Numbered from the stretch's first letter, positions 40,588 through 53,946 are shown. The stretch is DNA of 64,000 nucleotides from Yuukianura sp. NJ FZ-2021 (GCA_046563655.1 CM102285.1:4340001-4404000); one strand, 5' to 3'. Numbers and translations are program-made. Notes: generated by a model not told the origin, from the sequence alone.

Positions 40588-41678
40588 TATACGTATGGAT
40601 ACAGCGACTATAATTCCGGTTTACCGTATACCTTATACAGTTTTCATTACAAAAATATTCATAGAAAGCACATAAATAGCCTTTCATCTCTTATGCATCC
40701 ATGCAGGTACGATTTAAATGAAATAACTCTACTATTTAAAATAAAAATTGAAGTGAATTAAATAGGCGTAAAAAAGATGTTTTTGACTCGGTGTGTAAGC
40801 ATTATTATTCATAATATTTATGTTTCAAGTTTAATTCCGTTTTCACTGGGTAATGTCGTTGAGTAAGAGTGGTGTACGAGAAGTATTATGAATACAGCGT
40901 ATGAATGTCAGCTCAATCCAACCGGCGGGATAGTGAAAAGAATAAAAAGTTCATAAATCTATTCATGTGTGCTGCTTAGGATAAGTTAAACGCATTGTAA
41001 CCAACTTATTGTAATCACTTTCACTGTATGTATGACAATTGAAAAAGTCCTCAGCATAAAATATAAGACTCCACAATCAAGCGTCAAGCAGTTATGAAAA
41101 ACATTCAATTAAACATAAATGATTTTTTAAAGTTAATCCAAAATAATTTGGGCAACACACAATAAGGTTTCACAAATTCTGTCGTATGAGCGATGGTGAT
41201 CGTTCGTCCCAACATATGAAATTCCCGTTTACCCCAACCAAAGTGATCGGTGAGACGAACAGCTGACGAGACTGAGTTTATCAAATCAAAAGTGAATTCA
41301 ACTAAAGAAGCTTTTATTAAAACTGTAAAGGTAAGTAATTTTCGCAGTTTGGAATTGGTTTTGTGTTTATTTTGTTCTGTTTGAGTAATTACAGTTATGG
41401 TTCTTTTGGATATTTTTGAAGATATGGATCATATCGAATTGCAAGGATAAGGAGCGGTAGCGGAACGGTATTTTCGCATTTGGCTACACTGCCACGTTCG
41501 AAGTATCCGTCGTCGCCGCATACCAGAACAACAGTCAAAGAATCAACAACCAAGTATTCAAACGCATACCTCAGTCAAAAATGAATTCGTCCTTGTAACT
41601 AACCTATTGGGTTTGAAATTGATCCGAAATTTAAAGAGGTTATGGCATGGCCGCGTGCCTGATTTCAACTGAAACATT

Positions 41679-43194
41679 ATGATTGAATTTTGCACCAAGA
41701 GACGAATGATACTGTCAATTGTGATATTGGGCATGTAAGTGTTAAATTCAGTTGAGGCGTCTGGTTGTGGTATGTTGCTCTAACTTCACAATCTTCTTGT
41801 CGCAGCTTAACGGTGCTTCTGTTGATACTTGAAGAGGTGTTAACATCAGGTAAGCAAAACCAGGGATGGCAACAGGAAAGATTCGTTTCGAAAGATTCGC
41901 GAAAGATTCATGAAAGTTTTACGAAACGAATACCGCGCATGCGGGATTCAACTCAAAATTTTGGCGGTTAGTTGGTTTGGTAGATCACACGGGCAACTTT
42001 GAATCAAATGAAGAGTCGACAAATTCTTTTCTTTCAACGTTTTGCCTCCACCTTACTTAATTAGTCTAGTTTTCAAGCCTTTCTTTTCGATTCAAATAAA
42101 TTAAAGTTAGTTTGCAATTTAACAACTGACCATGCCACGGCAAAAAGATCCCATTTGGGATAAGTTTGAGCAAGTTAATGTTAAAAGACAAGTTAATCAT
42201 TAAATTAACGATCTTCCTAGTCACAACTACCTTGACGGTGTAGGAGCTAATTTTTATTTACGAATCTTTCGTGAATCTTTCGGAAAGATGGAATCTTTCC
42301 GCGGTTTTGGTGAAACCCGCGCGGGATTGCCATCCCTGAGCAAAACTGTAATTTTCAATTTTAGTAACTAGAGCACAAGCACTGCTTACTTTGTAAGCTA
42401 AAATAAATTATATGTTTTAGATTTGCTCCTAAATGATGTATTGGCATTCTCACAAAACGCAACGAGGAAGATTTCAACGCATGCTCCATGGATAGACGCG
42501 AATCCAGTTGCCAACAACATAGCTGAGTCGTTACCTGACGCTAAGAAACGAGCCTGCTGGTTTTACGAAGGATATACCATCGTACAAGAGTGCTCATTTT
42601 GTTCTGGTATTTATTTACATACAATTAAGCAGGAGACAAACGATTAGTGATGTGACTTATTAATATAGTACCTGCGCTAAAATACTTATCGTTGTTCTGT
42701 TATATCTTAACAGATTTCGAAGTAAACAGCAAGACCCCTGCTGCATGCACAGAGACAGGCATGAAGGAAACACTGCGTTGTAATACCTCCGGAACCGTCT
42801 ATCGAAGGTAAGTATTTATTTTTGCGGATATCGAAATTACAGTGTTCCCTTTGGTTAGAGAATCTTCACTAACTTATTTACGCAGGATTCTATTATATCA
42901 TTTTTACTGGGTATCGAAACCGAAGGGAGCATTGTATTATTTTGAAACGCTCGGAATCTTCAATTAGTTTGTTTCACTGTCAATACTTGGTCCATTCTAA
43001 CAGAAAGCTTTTTCGTCCTCTTTTTATTCAGTTGTTCCCGTGTTCTCGGCCTTGAGAAGCGCAGGTTTTGGATTTTCCAAAGCCTGATTCTACTGTCACT
43101 CGTGCTTTCTTATGGAGTTGTGAGATTTCGATGGAGCCAATTGGAACGAAGAACGATCAAGGCAATTGAACGACGCTTAGCCGCTGGTCACTAA
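41679..43194 (+). CDS. JTB: Jumping translocation breakpoint protein; 5 exons
   Basis: MIEFCTKRRM N-terminus; six-Cys domain CWFYEGYTIVQECSFCSDFE..ACTETGMKETLRC..YRSC; EKRRFWIFQ, TM helix, basic tail QLERRTIKAIERRL. Confidence 0.88.
41861..42338. mobile_element. hAT deletion derivative in JTB intron 2
   Basis: AGCAAAAC|CAGGGATGGCAA ... TTGCCATCCCTG|AGCAAAAC (perfect 8-bp TSD). Internal MPRQKDPIWDKFEQV at 42132 resembles the start of a BED zinc finger. Confidence 0.88.
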
Positions 43195-43574
43195 CAGCTA
43201 AGGTTCCTCTCCTGTCAATTGCATGCATATTTATTTTTCTAAAATCCGCGATATAACCTTAAAGACAAACATCAGAACATAAATTAAAACAAAGATTACC
43301 CGCATGTATATTATTTAATTTTATTCTCCATGAGTTCCAGCTCAAGAATTTGTGTCACAATGTCATAGCGTTCTACAAAAGGATGATTATAACTTGTCGA
43401 GAAGATGAGTATTTTTGCTATACCGCTTCGGTTAACGGAGTTATGATTGTTAACATTCTGTCAATTTAGGTTAGAATAGATTCATTGCCGTTGCATTACC
43501 AAACATAGTTATAAAAGAATATTTTTGTCTAATGTATCTAAAAGTTTTGCAAAAAGCTGGAAGAATTAGTAGAC

Positions 43575-44570
43575 TCAGAATCTGGGGATTGGGGCGAATG
43601 GAATTTGTCCACCAAAGAATGGTCCAGCAATTGGTCCGAGAAATGGAGATCCAAATCCAAAACCAGGAGTACCGATTCTGAAATTGTAAACAATTTACGG
43701 TTAGACCAAACTGCTAACCGGGATTGCCGATTTCGTACTTACTGGACTAAAAATTCTGCGTTCCTAGCATATCTTCCCTTTCGCTCGTCATCGGCTTCCG
43801 GTGATTCCGATCCAGCCTTTTCGTCAGACGCTGCCGGGGCATAGCCTTAAAATTGTTGAGAAATTATTAAGCATGGGAAGTTTTAATAATTTCTTCTAAA
43901 TGTTCTCAGAAAACGGTGTTAGTTTTTAGTTTAGTTTGCATTTGAGCTACCTTTAGTCACATCTTGCGACGCTTCTGTGGTAGTGTCGTCGGAAGCGCTT
44001 GATGCTGTCGTCATTTCTTCAGGAGGGTTTGATGCTGTGGGCTTAGCTGCTGATCCACCATAATACTTAGACGCTGCCTGGACTAAAAATTCTGCGTTCC
44101 TAGCATATCTTCCTTTTTTCTCGTCATCAGCTTTCGGTGATTCCGATCCTGCCTTTTCGTCAGACGCTGCCGGGGCATAGCCTTAAAATTGTTGAGAAAT
44201 TATTAAGCATGAGAAGTTTTAATAATTTCTTCTAAATGTTCTAAGGAAATGGTGTTAGTTTTTAGTTTAGTATGTATTTGAGCTACCTTTAGTCACATCT
44301 TGTGACGCTTCTGTGGTAGTGTCGTCGGAAGCGCTTGATGCTGTCGTCATTTCTTCAGGAGGGTTTGATGCTGTGGGCTTAGCTGCTGATCCACCATAAT
44401 ACTTAGACGCTGCCGGAAGCGCCACGGCTATTCCAACCATTAAGATGACCTGGAAATGAGAGCGTAATGGGGCGTTGTATAAACTAATTTTAATTAGTAC
44501 GAATGTAAATAATTTGAAAATTTATTTCAATTTCAGAGATATTCCTTACCACAAGCAGAGACTTCATCAT
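43575..44570 (-). CDS. Secreted precursor with duplicated 77-aa acidic Ser/Thr/Ala module and G/F/P-rich C-terminal peptide; 5 exons
   Basis: MMKSLLV|VILMVGIAVALP, then two copies of AASKYYGG..DDE(K/R)KGRYARNAEFLVQ, then IGTPGFGFGSPFLGPIAGPFFGGQIPFAPIPRF*. TATA on the minus strand at ~44675-44682. Confidence 0.8.
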
Positions 44571-44740
44571 TTTTGAAACCCTTGACGTAAATCTTAACTT
44601 CGGTTTTTCAACGAAAGCAGACGAAAGTTTTCAGACGAAAGGAATAGAATGTCAAGTCCGTGTTCCTCCAGTCCTTTTATATTAGAGTTAGAAGAAGATG
44701 GACATTTTAAAAATAACTTTTCGTTTGTAGTCATGCTGGG

Positions 44741-44878
44741 GAAGGTCATAAGGATACTGCACTTTCAAGGTCAAGGGATTGTGTACGGCAGTTTCATGTT
44801 GTTGCTTTAACGGATCCTTCCGAACTCATTTTCACTTGAAGGTCACGGCAGGAATAACAAGTCCTTTGAAGAAGGTCA
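44741..44878. promoter_or_regulatory. Cluster of four co-oriented AAGGTCA nuclear-receptor half-sites, including a perfect FTZ-F1-type TCAAGGTCA
   Basis: AAGGTCA at ~44742, 44767, 44839 and 44872, about 60-200 bp upstream of the TATA of the 44570 gene. Confidence 0.45.
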
Positions 44879-46753
44879 ACCCAGCACCGCCGTCACTTCT
44901 GTCGGAAAATCGTCTTTCTTATTGGAAACTTTGAAAATGCCTTCCAAAATTTGAAAATGTCTTCCAAAATTTGAAAATTATTTGTGAAGCTACGCTGGGA
45001 TTATTTTGGTCCTATTCTATTCTATAACTATTCTATATTATTATTCTATATTATATAACTATTCTATAACTATTCTATTTACCTTGATTTTGGTCCTTCT
45101 ATTTGTTCAATTGTGATACTAAAAGCAGCGGTGGTTTTCGACATAATAACATTTAGTGCATTTAAATTTTACTACAAAGTCCTTTAAAGTTTTCTTAGAA
45201 AAAGCAAGTTCAACAATAATTGTTTTGATTGTAATAAATATTTTAACCATGTCATAAGCTTAATCACTATCCAAATGGCACAGGTATACTTTGTATATTT
45301 TGTAGTTTCTAAAGATTTTTTTTAGATTTGATTATCATGGTTTGCGGAAACCTTTGTATATTTTTTTTTGTAAAATCATTTTGTAAAAGCTACTGACGAG
45401 GATGTGTACTCATTTTGCAGGTGAACTTGACTTATTAAAATTCTTTCAAACATTGTCTTGTTCCGTGAACTTTTAATAATTTGTGTTTTGTTAATTTTGA
45501 ATAGAATGTGATTTCAACGGTGCCTGCAAGTCATGAGGTCAAAGTCTCTGGGCTCAACCAATGAAACTTGATTTTAGCCGGTCTTGCCGACACTTCGTCT
45601 GACTCGTCGTGTCATGCTTTTGTGCAGAATTAAGGTCAAATGGGCCAGTTCTGTGGCCACTCAGGGGCTCACTTCTTCACCTCAACGTTAATTTATACCG
45701 TCATGTCAGCCGTGTACCTAGAAATATGACCTCATCTTGTCGACGGAAGGGCTCGCTAAGGTCGCCTTTTCTTTTCTAAACCGGACTTTCAAAAAATTGA
45801 ACTCATTTTGAGTCCTTGATCACATTTTTTGAACAAAGTGTTAAGGACGCGCCACACTTTTGAAGCGGGGCAGAGGGAGTATTCAACTTGAAAAAACATA
45901 AGAACGCACCTTAAGATTAATTGAATGGTTTATGTTGTGTTGCTTGCTGTAGAGGGCCAACGACCTGTCTGGAATACAACACATTTCCAGTTTGTTGTCA
46001 TTCTTGTACTTTAGAGGTCAGCCTGCTGAGTTGAATAACCTTATGACAAAAGTTCATTGATGAATTGGAAATTCACATGAAATCTTACGTTTTCCTCACT
46101 TGCTCATCAATAATTGGACAAGTATTGCTCCGCTACTTGAAAAAGGTGTTAATGTAAAGCCCGCGAGTAAAAACGCATTCTTGATTTTGGTTAAAAAGTC
46201 AAAAGTTGAACGGATTGAATGGATTGGGCTGTGTTATCCGAGGCGTAACCAGACACTCATGAACGGAGTGCTCATAACGTAATGCTCCGTATTTCGCTGG
46301 AAGTAGCGACTTGGATTCGTGTTCCGTTCTCATATGAACGCACATTTCTAAGTTTTACTCGGGTGTGGTCGCACCTTTCCGTTTGTCGGAGTTTAGCCGC
46401 GCAAAGCTACTATCAACGAAAACTTTGGTCATACATGACCGTTCGAAAGAGTCCGAGAACCGAGGAGGTTGAAAATCTGTTAGCGTTGAATTGAAACCTG
46501 TTTGGGATGGACTCATGGGTGATGGAGGTCTACGGACGGACTTGGTAGAGTCCGAATCTGGTTCTTCTGCTTCTCTACATTGGCAATTAATGACAAGTTT
46601 CTTGCAACCGGGTTAAAGAACTTGACCTGGTGTATATAAACCAGTCGTTCCTGTCACTGCGAAACGATTCCTCTCCCGAGAGCCGAGGGGAACTGAAGTC
46701 TTTTGTTTAAGTTGTTCTAGATCCACAACTACCCCAAGGGGGTTGAGTTAGCC

Positions 46754-48456
46754 ATGAACAAGCTATGGGTAAGACCAAATTATCTCAATTTATACCGAAA
46801 TCCAAGGAACGCCCAGTGAAAATACTCATTCTTGTGACATTTCACCGGTCAGCATCAGAGAACGGGAAACATTTTGCGTGACCTTAAAAATTTTGTGTGA
46901 TTTTGATCTCGGCTTGAGCTTTACTCTGGAATTTCAACTCTCAACGGAAGTGCGTCACGCCCGTTGGAATCGGTTTTCTTTTGAAGAAAGATTTAAATTC
47001 TTGGAAATGGTCCAATCAGGTTTTGATCGTGTGAACTTTAACTTAACTTTTCGAAAATTATTAACTTTGTTTCTAAAAACGTTAACATTTTGTTTTTTTT
47101 TTCTTGAAATTTTGATTTTTTCACAAAACATTCCGTTTTTGCCACGAGTTGGCTTATATGTTAACCCTTTTAACACGTATTTTTTTCACAAAGAAAATTA
47201 GATTCCGAAATTGCTTAAATTTAGAATTGCCTTTTTTTTCAAATTTGGTTTTTGTTTAAGTTATTTTCCATGATGAAGTTGGCGTCATATTTTTGTTTTG
47301 GATGGAGTCAACGAACTCGAAACATTTCAACACAGAATTGAAAACCGGTTTGACGGGTTTACGCGTTCACTCGGGGGTTGAAATCCTTTTGAATGTAATA
47401 AATCCGCTCAAGACAAGCATCATGATTAAATGAACAATGAACTTGGGAGGGGAGGTTTAACGGCACTTCCAACTTTGATTAAAAGCCTCTTATGATTAAA
47501 TTACTAATTAATTTATATTATTTTATTTGTTTTCAGATTCCTTTCGTAGGTTTACTAGTCGTACTAGTAGCCGTAAGTTATGTGTCGGCCGAGGAGGAAG
47601 TAGAAGTGACTGAAGACAAGTCAGATCTGGAAGCCCAGGACTTCCTCTTCCGACCTGTTTACATTCGCTACGGTTATCACCCACATAATTCCTACGGATG
47701 GAAGGGTCAAGGTCAAGGCAACAAGAATTACTCCTTAGCTCACTAGAGTCTATGAACTTATCCAGATGAAACTAATTAACAAGTTAGTTAACTGGTGTTT
47801 TTCAAATGATTTACAGGCGTAGGACATGGACATGGTCACCACCATCAGCCCTATGGCTATGGCTGGGGATCCTACCATCATGGAGGCGGCGGTAAGAAGG
47901 CCAACAAGAAGAAGAGGAAGGCCATCAAGAAGGCCCAGAAGAAGAAGAGGAAGGCACTCAAGAAGAAGAACAAGAAGGTAAATGATTTGTTTTCAAAATA
48001 AATTTGAAAGCATTTTGCACATTAATTTCGAAAATTAATTTGGATTTTTGTTTTTACAGGGAGGTGGCGGTTGGGGAGGATGGCCACAGCAAGGATGGGG
48101 AGGTGGTGGTTACGGTGGCGGTGGCTTCGGAGGTAAGATTTGAACAAGAGTTCTTTGTTATAACTTATTATAATTCTAAATTTAATTTTCCTTTTCCATA
48201 TTAACTTCAATGTTGTGACGCTCAATTTTGCGACAAATTTAAAGGTTATGGTAAGTTCTATTCATAGTTCTGTTGAGCAGAGCTTGTAGAACTTTTAGCG
48301 CAAAAGAGATTCATTTAAAACCAAGTTTTGTAACATTTTTTTTTTTAATTTTTAGGAGGGTACGGAGGATTTGAAGGTAACTTTTCAACAGTTCTAAAAT
48401 TTTTACAATTCAACAAGCAATTCAATAACACTTTTGTTTGTTTTTTTTCAGAATAA
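46754..48456 (+). CDS. Secreted Gly/His-rich protein with a poly-Lys segment; 6-7 exons
   Basis: TATATAAA at ~46633. MNKLW|IPFVGLLVVLVAVSYVSA-EEEVEVTEDKSDLEAQDFLFRP..GHGHGHHHQPYGYGWG..GGKKANKKKRKAIKKAQKKKRKALKKKNKK|GGGGWGGWP..GGFEE*. Confidence 0.8.
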
Positions 48457-50692
48457 GCATATAGTAATTTCCAGTAGAGCCCAGTACCTACCGTCTCATC
48501 TCAACGACTGCAGCAACAACAAATCACCCACGGAATTCGGCCAATTACAAAATTTCCTCAAATATAATTTATAAATGTTCCAAATATTTAAACTCCCTTG
48601 AATGCTATTTGTTCGTTTTTTTATTTATGCCAAAACAGAAAAGTATTTAAAGAAAATAAAAGGATACAGCGCCCTTTGGAAACCATTGGTGTTATGTAAA
48701 TTACTATTAAAATGTAGTAAAATGGTTCGTAGAAACATAGAAAAGATTCACAATTTACGCCTGAACAAACCGTTAACCGTTGTGTTACTTTTTTTTCGGA
48801 GAAACCTAACTTGACGTTTAAGAATAAATTCACATTTTTATCAGGTTTTAGAATTTTCTGGCATAACTTAAATTGTTGGGATGAAGATTAGTTTGAAAAA
48901 CAACATATATGTGATTTTCTTTTTTTTTTTCCCTCTTTTTTTTTAAATAAGTCAGAGATAGGCGAGCATAAGCCATTAATTATTTTTTTTTCATTTAAAA
49001 ATCTTGGTTCAAGTCATCAGGAGGTCGTTGACCCGCAGGCGAAGTGCTTCATGTGAATCCTGTATTTCCAGTTTCAAGAATGTAGTAGATAATTAATGTT
49101 TGAATACAAAAATCGAAAGATGAACTCAAAAGATCAAGGATTTTTGCAGATGAAAAAATTCGTATCCAAGCTGCCTGTAAAACAAGGCGTTTGAAAAATC
49201 AAATCATGTATTTTGAACCTTGTTTCAACTTGAAAATTTATTAAACTTTACCAATGTACGTATTTTGCAAACCAGAAAACATGAAACCAGCATAAATTTT
49301 TCAACTTGTTCCGAAAATTTTGTAAAGGAACTTTTTTTTTCTTAAATGTAATTGTTTTGAAATTTTTTTAGCAGTTGTAGTCACTTGACGCTGCAAGTGC
49401 TCAAGGACTTTAGGAGTAATTGACCTTTAATCTTCATCTGTGAAGGTAAGCTTATAATTAATGTTATTCTGCACGTATCCTTAATTTATTTGGATGTTGC
49501 TAAAACTCCGAAGATCCAACAAGACTTTTGGAAGGAACAAATAAAAAACACGGACTTGGGTTTATAAATTTTCGAAATCCAGTCTAACCAGACTTCTTTT
49601 TTTTCTTCTAAAAGACAAGCCAAATTTTGTGTAAATTAATAAATTGAGTGGATGTGGTTTTGCGAAGAGCCAGGGGTAAGAAGATGAATAAAATTTACCT
49701 CTGGGAGCGTCCGTTGACCCATGCAACGCATTTCTCCAAGAAAACCGACAGACCAGAAACAAAGCTATGATTCAAAAACTTTATAACGATCACGTTCAGC
49801 AGCCAATGTTTTGCACAATTTTTGCAATTGCTGTCGGAGTGGGAGCTAATTGTAATTCGACTTCCTATTTTAGTTTCACATTTCCGGAATTCCTAAGATT
49901 TCAAATTGTCATCACGCCCGAAAATACAAATCATTATTTGCTTTAAAAAGTATACCCTAAAATGTCACTTACACCGGTCAAACTCGGACCAAGGGTATGC
50001 CCGAGAGCGTTCAGCAAATAATTATTGAAAAACTGAATTTAAAAGATGTAATTGCACTTTCGTTGTAGTTCGCTTCGGTGAAACTGGTTTCGGGGAAACT
50101 TACTTCGTTGTAATTCATTCGATAAAATGCCGTGCTCCCATTTAAAATAACCCACTCTATTAGCCTAACTAATATTATATTATTTTGATAAAAAAAATTG
50201 TGTCAACACAACTAGACTATGTAGTTGCAAAATTACTGTGTGTGAGAATTAAGTCATCGGAGACAACATACATTGAAAGCTGGATCTGTTCAAGAAGCAA
50301 AAATAAGCAAATACGTACGCTGCATTTGTGACGTCTGATTTGGAGATTTAAAATTTATGGTTCAGCATGTACATGCCAAATATGTACTTTGACCCCGTTT
50401 TGTTTTAGTTAATTACGTTACAAAACTGAAGTTGAGAGCGTTTTGTGTCGGAAGGTTAGATATTACAACGTGAAACATTTTGGAACATTCTACAAGCTCT
50501 TAATCCCTGTACATATAATATAATTTTACCAGTTTTGGCTGCGGTGAAGGTTCAACACATTCGTCAAGCAGCTTCCTCAAAAAATACGTCAAAAATTCCA
50601 TATTTGTTCTTGTATTGTCAAACCTCCGATGAAAGCAGTGAAAGTCAATCTATTCCGCAAAAACTAAATATTCTCTTTGCAGAAATTTCAAC

Positions 50693-51104
50693 TAGTGCTT
50701 CAAGTTCGGACCCGAAATGAAAAGCTCGAACTTCGAACGTAAGTTCGAACTTTCTGAAGAGCAAGTTCGAACTTTCGAACCTTTTTTTTACATGCAAAAA
50801 GCAAGGGGCGGTGAAAAAAGTAGTGAGGGTGATAAATTTCGCAATTCACATCCGAAGTGTATTTCCACCTCTATTTGAATTCTTTTTCAAAAACTAACTT
50901 AAAACAATAAGTTTAAAATGAACTCAAACTACTTTCTGTGGCAATATGCCTCGGTGTTTGTAGAAATCCATGGATTGTTGAATATTTGCCAATATTGACG
51001 TGTGAGTTCGAACTCTTTTGGCTGAGGTTCGAACTTCGAACTTAGGAAAACAGCCAGGTTCGAGTTCGGAAGTTCGAACTTTAAAGTTCGAACTTGAAGC
51101 ACTA
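50693..51104. mobile_element. hAT-like MITE with perfect 8-bp TSD
   Basis: ATTTCAAC|TAGTGCTTCAAGTTCG ... CGAACTTGAAGCACTA|ATTTCAAC, with subterminal GTTCGAAC repeats. Confidence 0.88.
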
Positions 51105-51442
51105 ATTTCAACTCTTGTTTCTTGAGAGTAGTGTATAAATGACCTCAACAAAAACACTAGAGTTGAAATGTCAACGACCCCCAGACTTTATTACAATTTG
51201 GAATTATTTTCACAAAAAAGAACATCATCCGAGGGATGGTTTTGCCAATTTGGGAATATACACTTCCAGATACTTCGAAGAAACCTGTTTGAAAATGCAA
51301 AGGATATCAACCCCCTCCCTCCAATGGAACCCTCGTATATAAACGTAGTGGCGAAAGTGAAAGTCTGTTTCTTCTTCCTTCACTTCCAGACAACCAAATA
51401 TCCACTTCAAAGGGTTTTGCAAGTTTTAGAATCCATTTCATA

Positions 51443-52345
51443 ATGAAATCCGCTTTGGTTAGTGCCCAAACCTTTTTTTAAACAAACAATTTAATTAATA
51501 TTTACGTTAATTAATGACTTATTAACCTTGACTAATATTTAAAATGTTTTGATTTAGGCGGTATTACTTCTGGCAGGCGTCTGCAGTGCGCAATATTATG
51601 CATACGATGATTATGAATCCGAGTACCCCGTAGAATACGACGGACCACTCTCAAAGTACACGCATGATTGGTATCCGGATTATGTTCACAGAATTGCAAG
51701 AGGCGGAAAGAAGAAGGGCTATGGATCACTAGGATATGGCGGTAAGTTTGATTTAAAAAAAATTTATATTGAGTTCACACCTATGAACAAATCTAAAATT
51801 TCGTATTTGGATTCACTTAGGTGGCGGATGGGGAGGATGGGGGGGAGGAATTGGAATTCGATATGGGTAAATTTCTGAACTCAACTCTTTGAATTCAAGA
51901 ATTTAAAATTTTAATATCTAATTTTGATTTTTTTTTAAAGATGGCAACCACAACTAGGGTGGGGTGGATGGCAAGGGTGGGGGGCTCCACAAGAATACCA
52001 TTACTATGGTAGCCCAGTTTTACACTTAGGTGGACCACCGATTATTCACCAAGGACCTCCTAAGTACGTTGACACCTACTATCCAGTTACCATTCAAAAG
52101 AAGGGATGGGTAAGAATTCTACAAAGTTTGATCATTTAGTTTAAATTTACTCATCACAAACTTAAAATCATCACAAAATGACTACATTATTTCATGGTTT
52201 TGTGTTTCCAGGGTTGGGGAGGCGGTGGTGGGTATGGCGGTGGCGGATTTGGCGGCGGAGGTGAGTTTGTTACTTTTTCAAATTCAAATATAATTTCAAT
52301 TGAGTTTCTTCATTTGTTTGGTTTTTATTTCCAGGATTCTATTAA
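51443..52345 (+). CDS. Secreted Tyr/Gly/Trp-rich protein; 6 exons
   Basis: TATATAAA at ~51336. MKSAL|AVLLLAGVCSAQYYAYDDYESEYP..HRIARGGKKKGYG..GWGGWG..VTIQKKGW|GWGGGGGYGG..GFY*. Confidence 0.82.
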
Positions 52346-53946
52346 TCCAGCAAGTACATTGAGAAGAAAAATCCATCAATCACAAAATTCTTCTTCGCAA
52401 AATGGCTCACAACTAACGATCATATGGAAACAGAGGGGTGAAATGAATTGCATACTGCTGCCATTGCTCATACAAACCTTGAACAAAAGTGCTGCTCATA
52501 GTCATCGTTCTAATTGTGTTTTATTTATTGTTGAAAACAGAAAACAGAATCAAATAAAAAATCTCAGAGCTATCATTACGCTCAACAAAAACTTCGTTTG
52601 AAGCCTTTTTCGTAATTGCTAGGAGCATTTTTTTCAATGAATTAATTTGTCTTCGACACTAAATTAAATTTGAAGGCTTTTTGTAAACGTTTAGGACAGA
52701 GAAAAAGAGGAACAATTTAAATTTAGGGCAAAGTACTTTTCTAAACTAAGATTTGCTAAAGGCCTTCCTTTACGCGGAAAACGTATCGTTGTTTTACAAA
52801 GATTTTCATCTTGTGCCTGGAAAAAGCCAAATGTCAAATCATACACTCCAAGGCCGAGGAGAGCAAAATAAATGCTATTGAGGAACAGAAAATTTGTTCA
52901 AATCTTAATGCGATAATTTTTTTAAATACATGGTTTTAAATGGTGTTTTCTTCAAACACTAAACCATAGCCATACTTCATTACAAGTAAATTTCCTCTTC
53001 AAAGCCTAGAGTTGACAAATTGACAATGAAGATAAAAAACACAATATTGTGTTTTCTCCTAAGTACTTAACTCAATTAGTAGAATTCAAACATTCACTGG
53101 TTTTAATCATGAACGAACTCATATACACAATAAATAAATAAATCAATAAATCATGTCTATGAAATTATAGCAAAAATTTATGATTCATGTTTTTTTATTT
53201 ATTTGATCAATTCCCTACAAATGGAGGAAGGCAAACTTCATAAATTCTTGCGCCCCGAATGCTATAAAAGACATATCTCAATTTGTTTGTTGAATTTGTA
53301 CTGGTAATATTGCAGGCATTGTGTAAACTTGCGATTAGTTCAAACGTCGAAGTAGATTTTTAAATTAACATCTAATTTACAAAACGAACATAGTCTAGAA
53401 TGTTTTCGAAAGAACTACACTTGTCCTTTAATGGGAGATATGCAATCAGAATTTTGATGGATTTGCTTTCTTGACATTGAAATTTCTTGACTTGAAATTT
53501 CTTAACAGCGTTGTTTGTACGCAACGCGTTGAATCAGAAACAAACAATCTGAATCATTTTTGTTCTTCTGTCATTAACGATTCCTGACCAGATCTTTGTG
53601 TTAATTAAAGCTATTAAGCGCGGATTCCAATCAGAGTCCTACCACAAAATTTTCAACGCATTTTTGAAAAGAGGTATTAGCGATGGGACGAAGCGTTACC
53701 TAACTAAACTGATCGTTTTGGCATACACTTGCAGCAACATTACAGTATGGAAGGAAATTGCCCGACTGATGATTTGTGTGCCGGGAACAAAATATAATAA
53801 AACGACTTGTTTAATGCTTGATAAAAATTTCTAGTTGAATTTCTGATTTAAATTGTCAATTTTTTTTTGGTAATTTTGAGATCTTCGCTCGTTTCCTAGA
53901 TTTTCCTTGATTTTAGCCACTCCTTTGTAGTTTTGATCTCTTGCCG

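Noticed and set aside
41193..41660. Short ORFs and spliced-looking segments upstream of JTB (MSDGDRSSQHMKFPFTPTK...)
   Set aside because: No coherent in-frame model could be built; probably JTB 5' UTR exons or uORFs.
43575..43600. C-terminal PIPRF as an RFamide neuropeptide
   Set aside because: No Gly donor or basic cleavage site follows; the stop codon comes directly after Phe.
44930..45080. Short tandem repeats (TTTGAAAATGYCTTCCAAAA; CTATTCTATA)
   Set aside because: Ordinary slippage repeats with no further structure.
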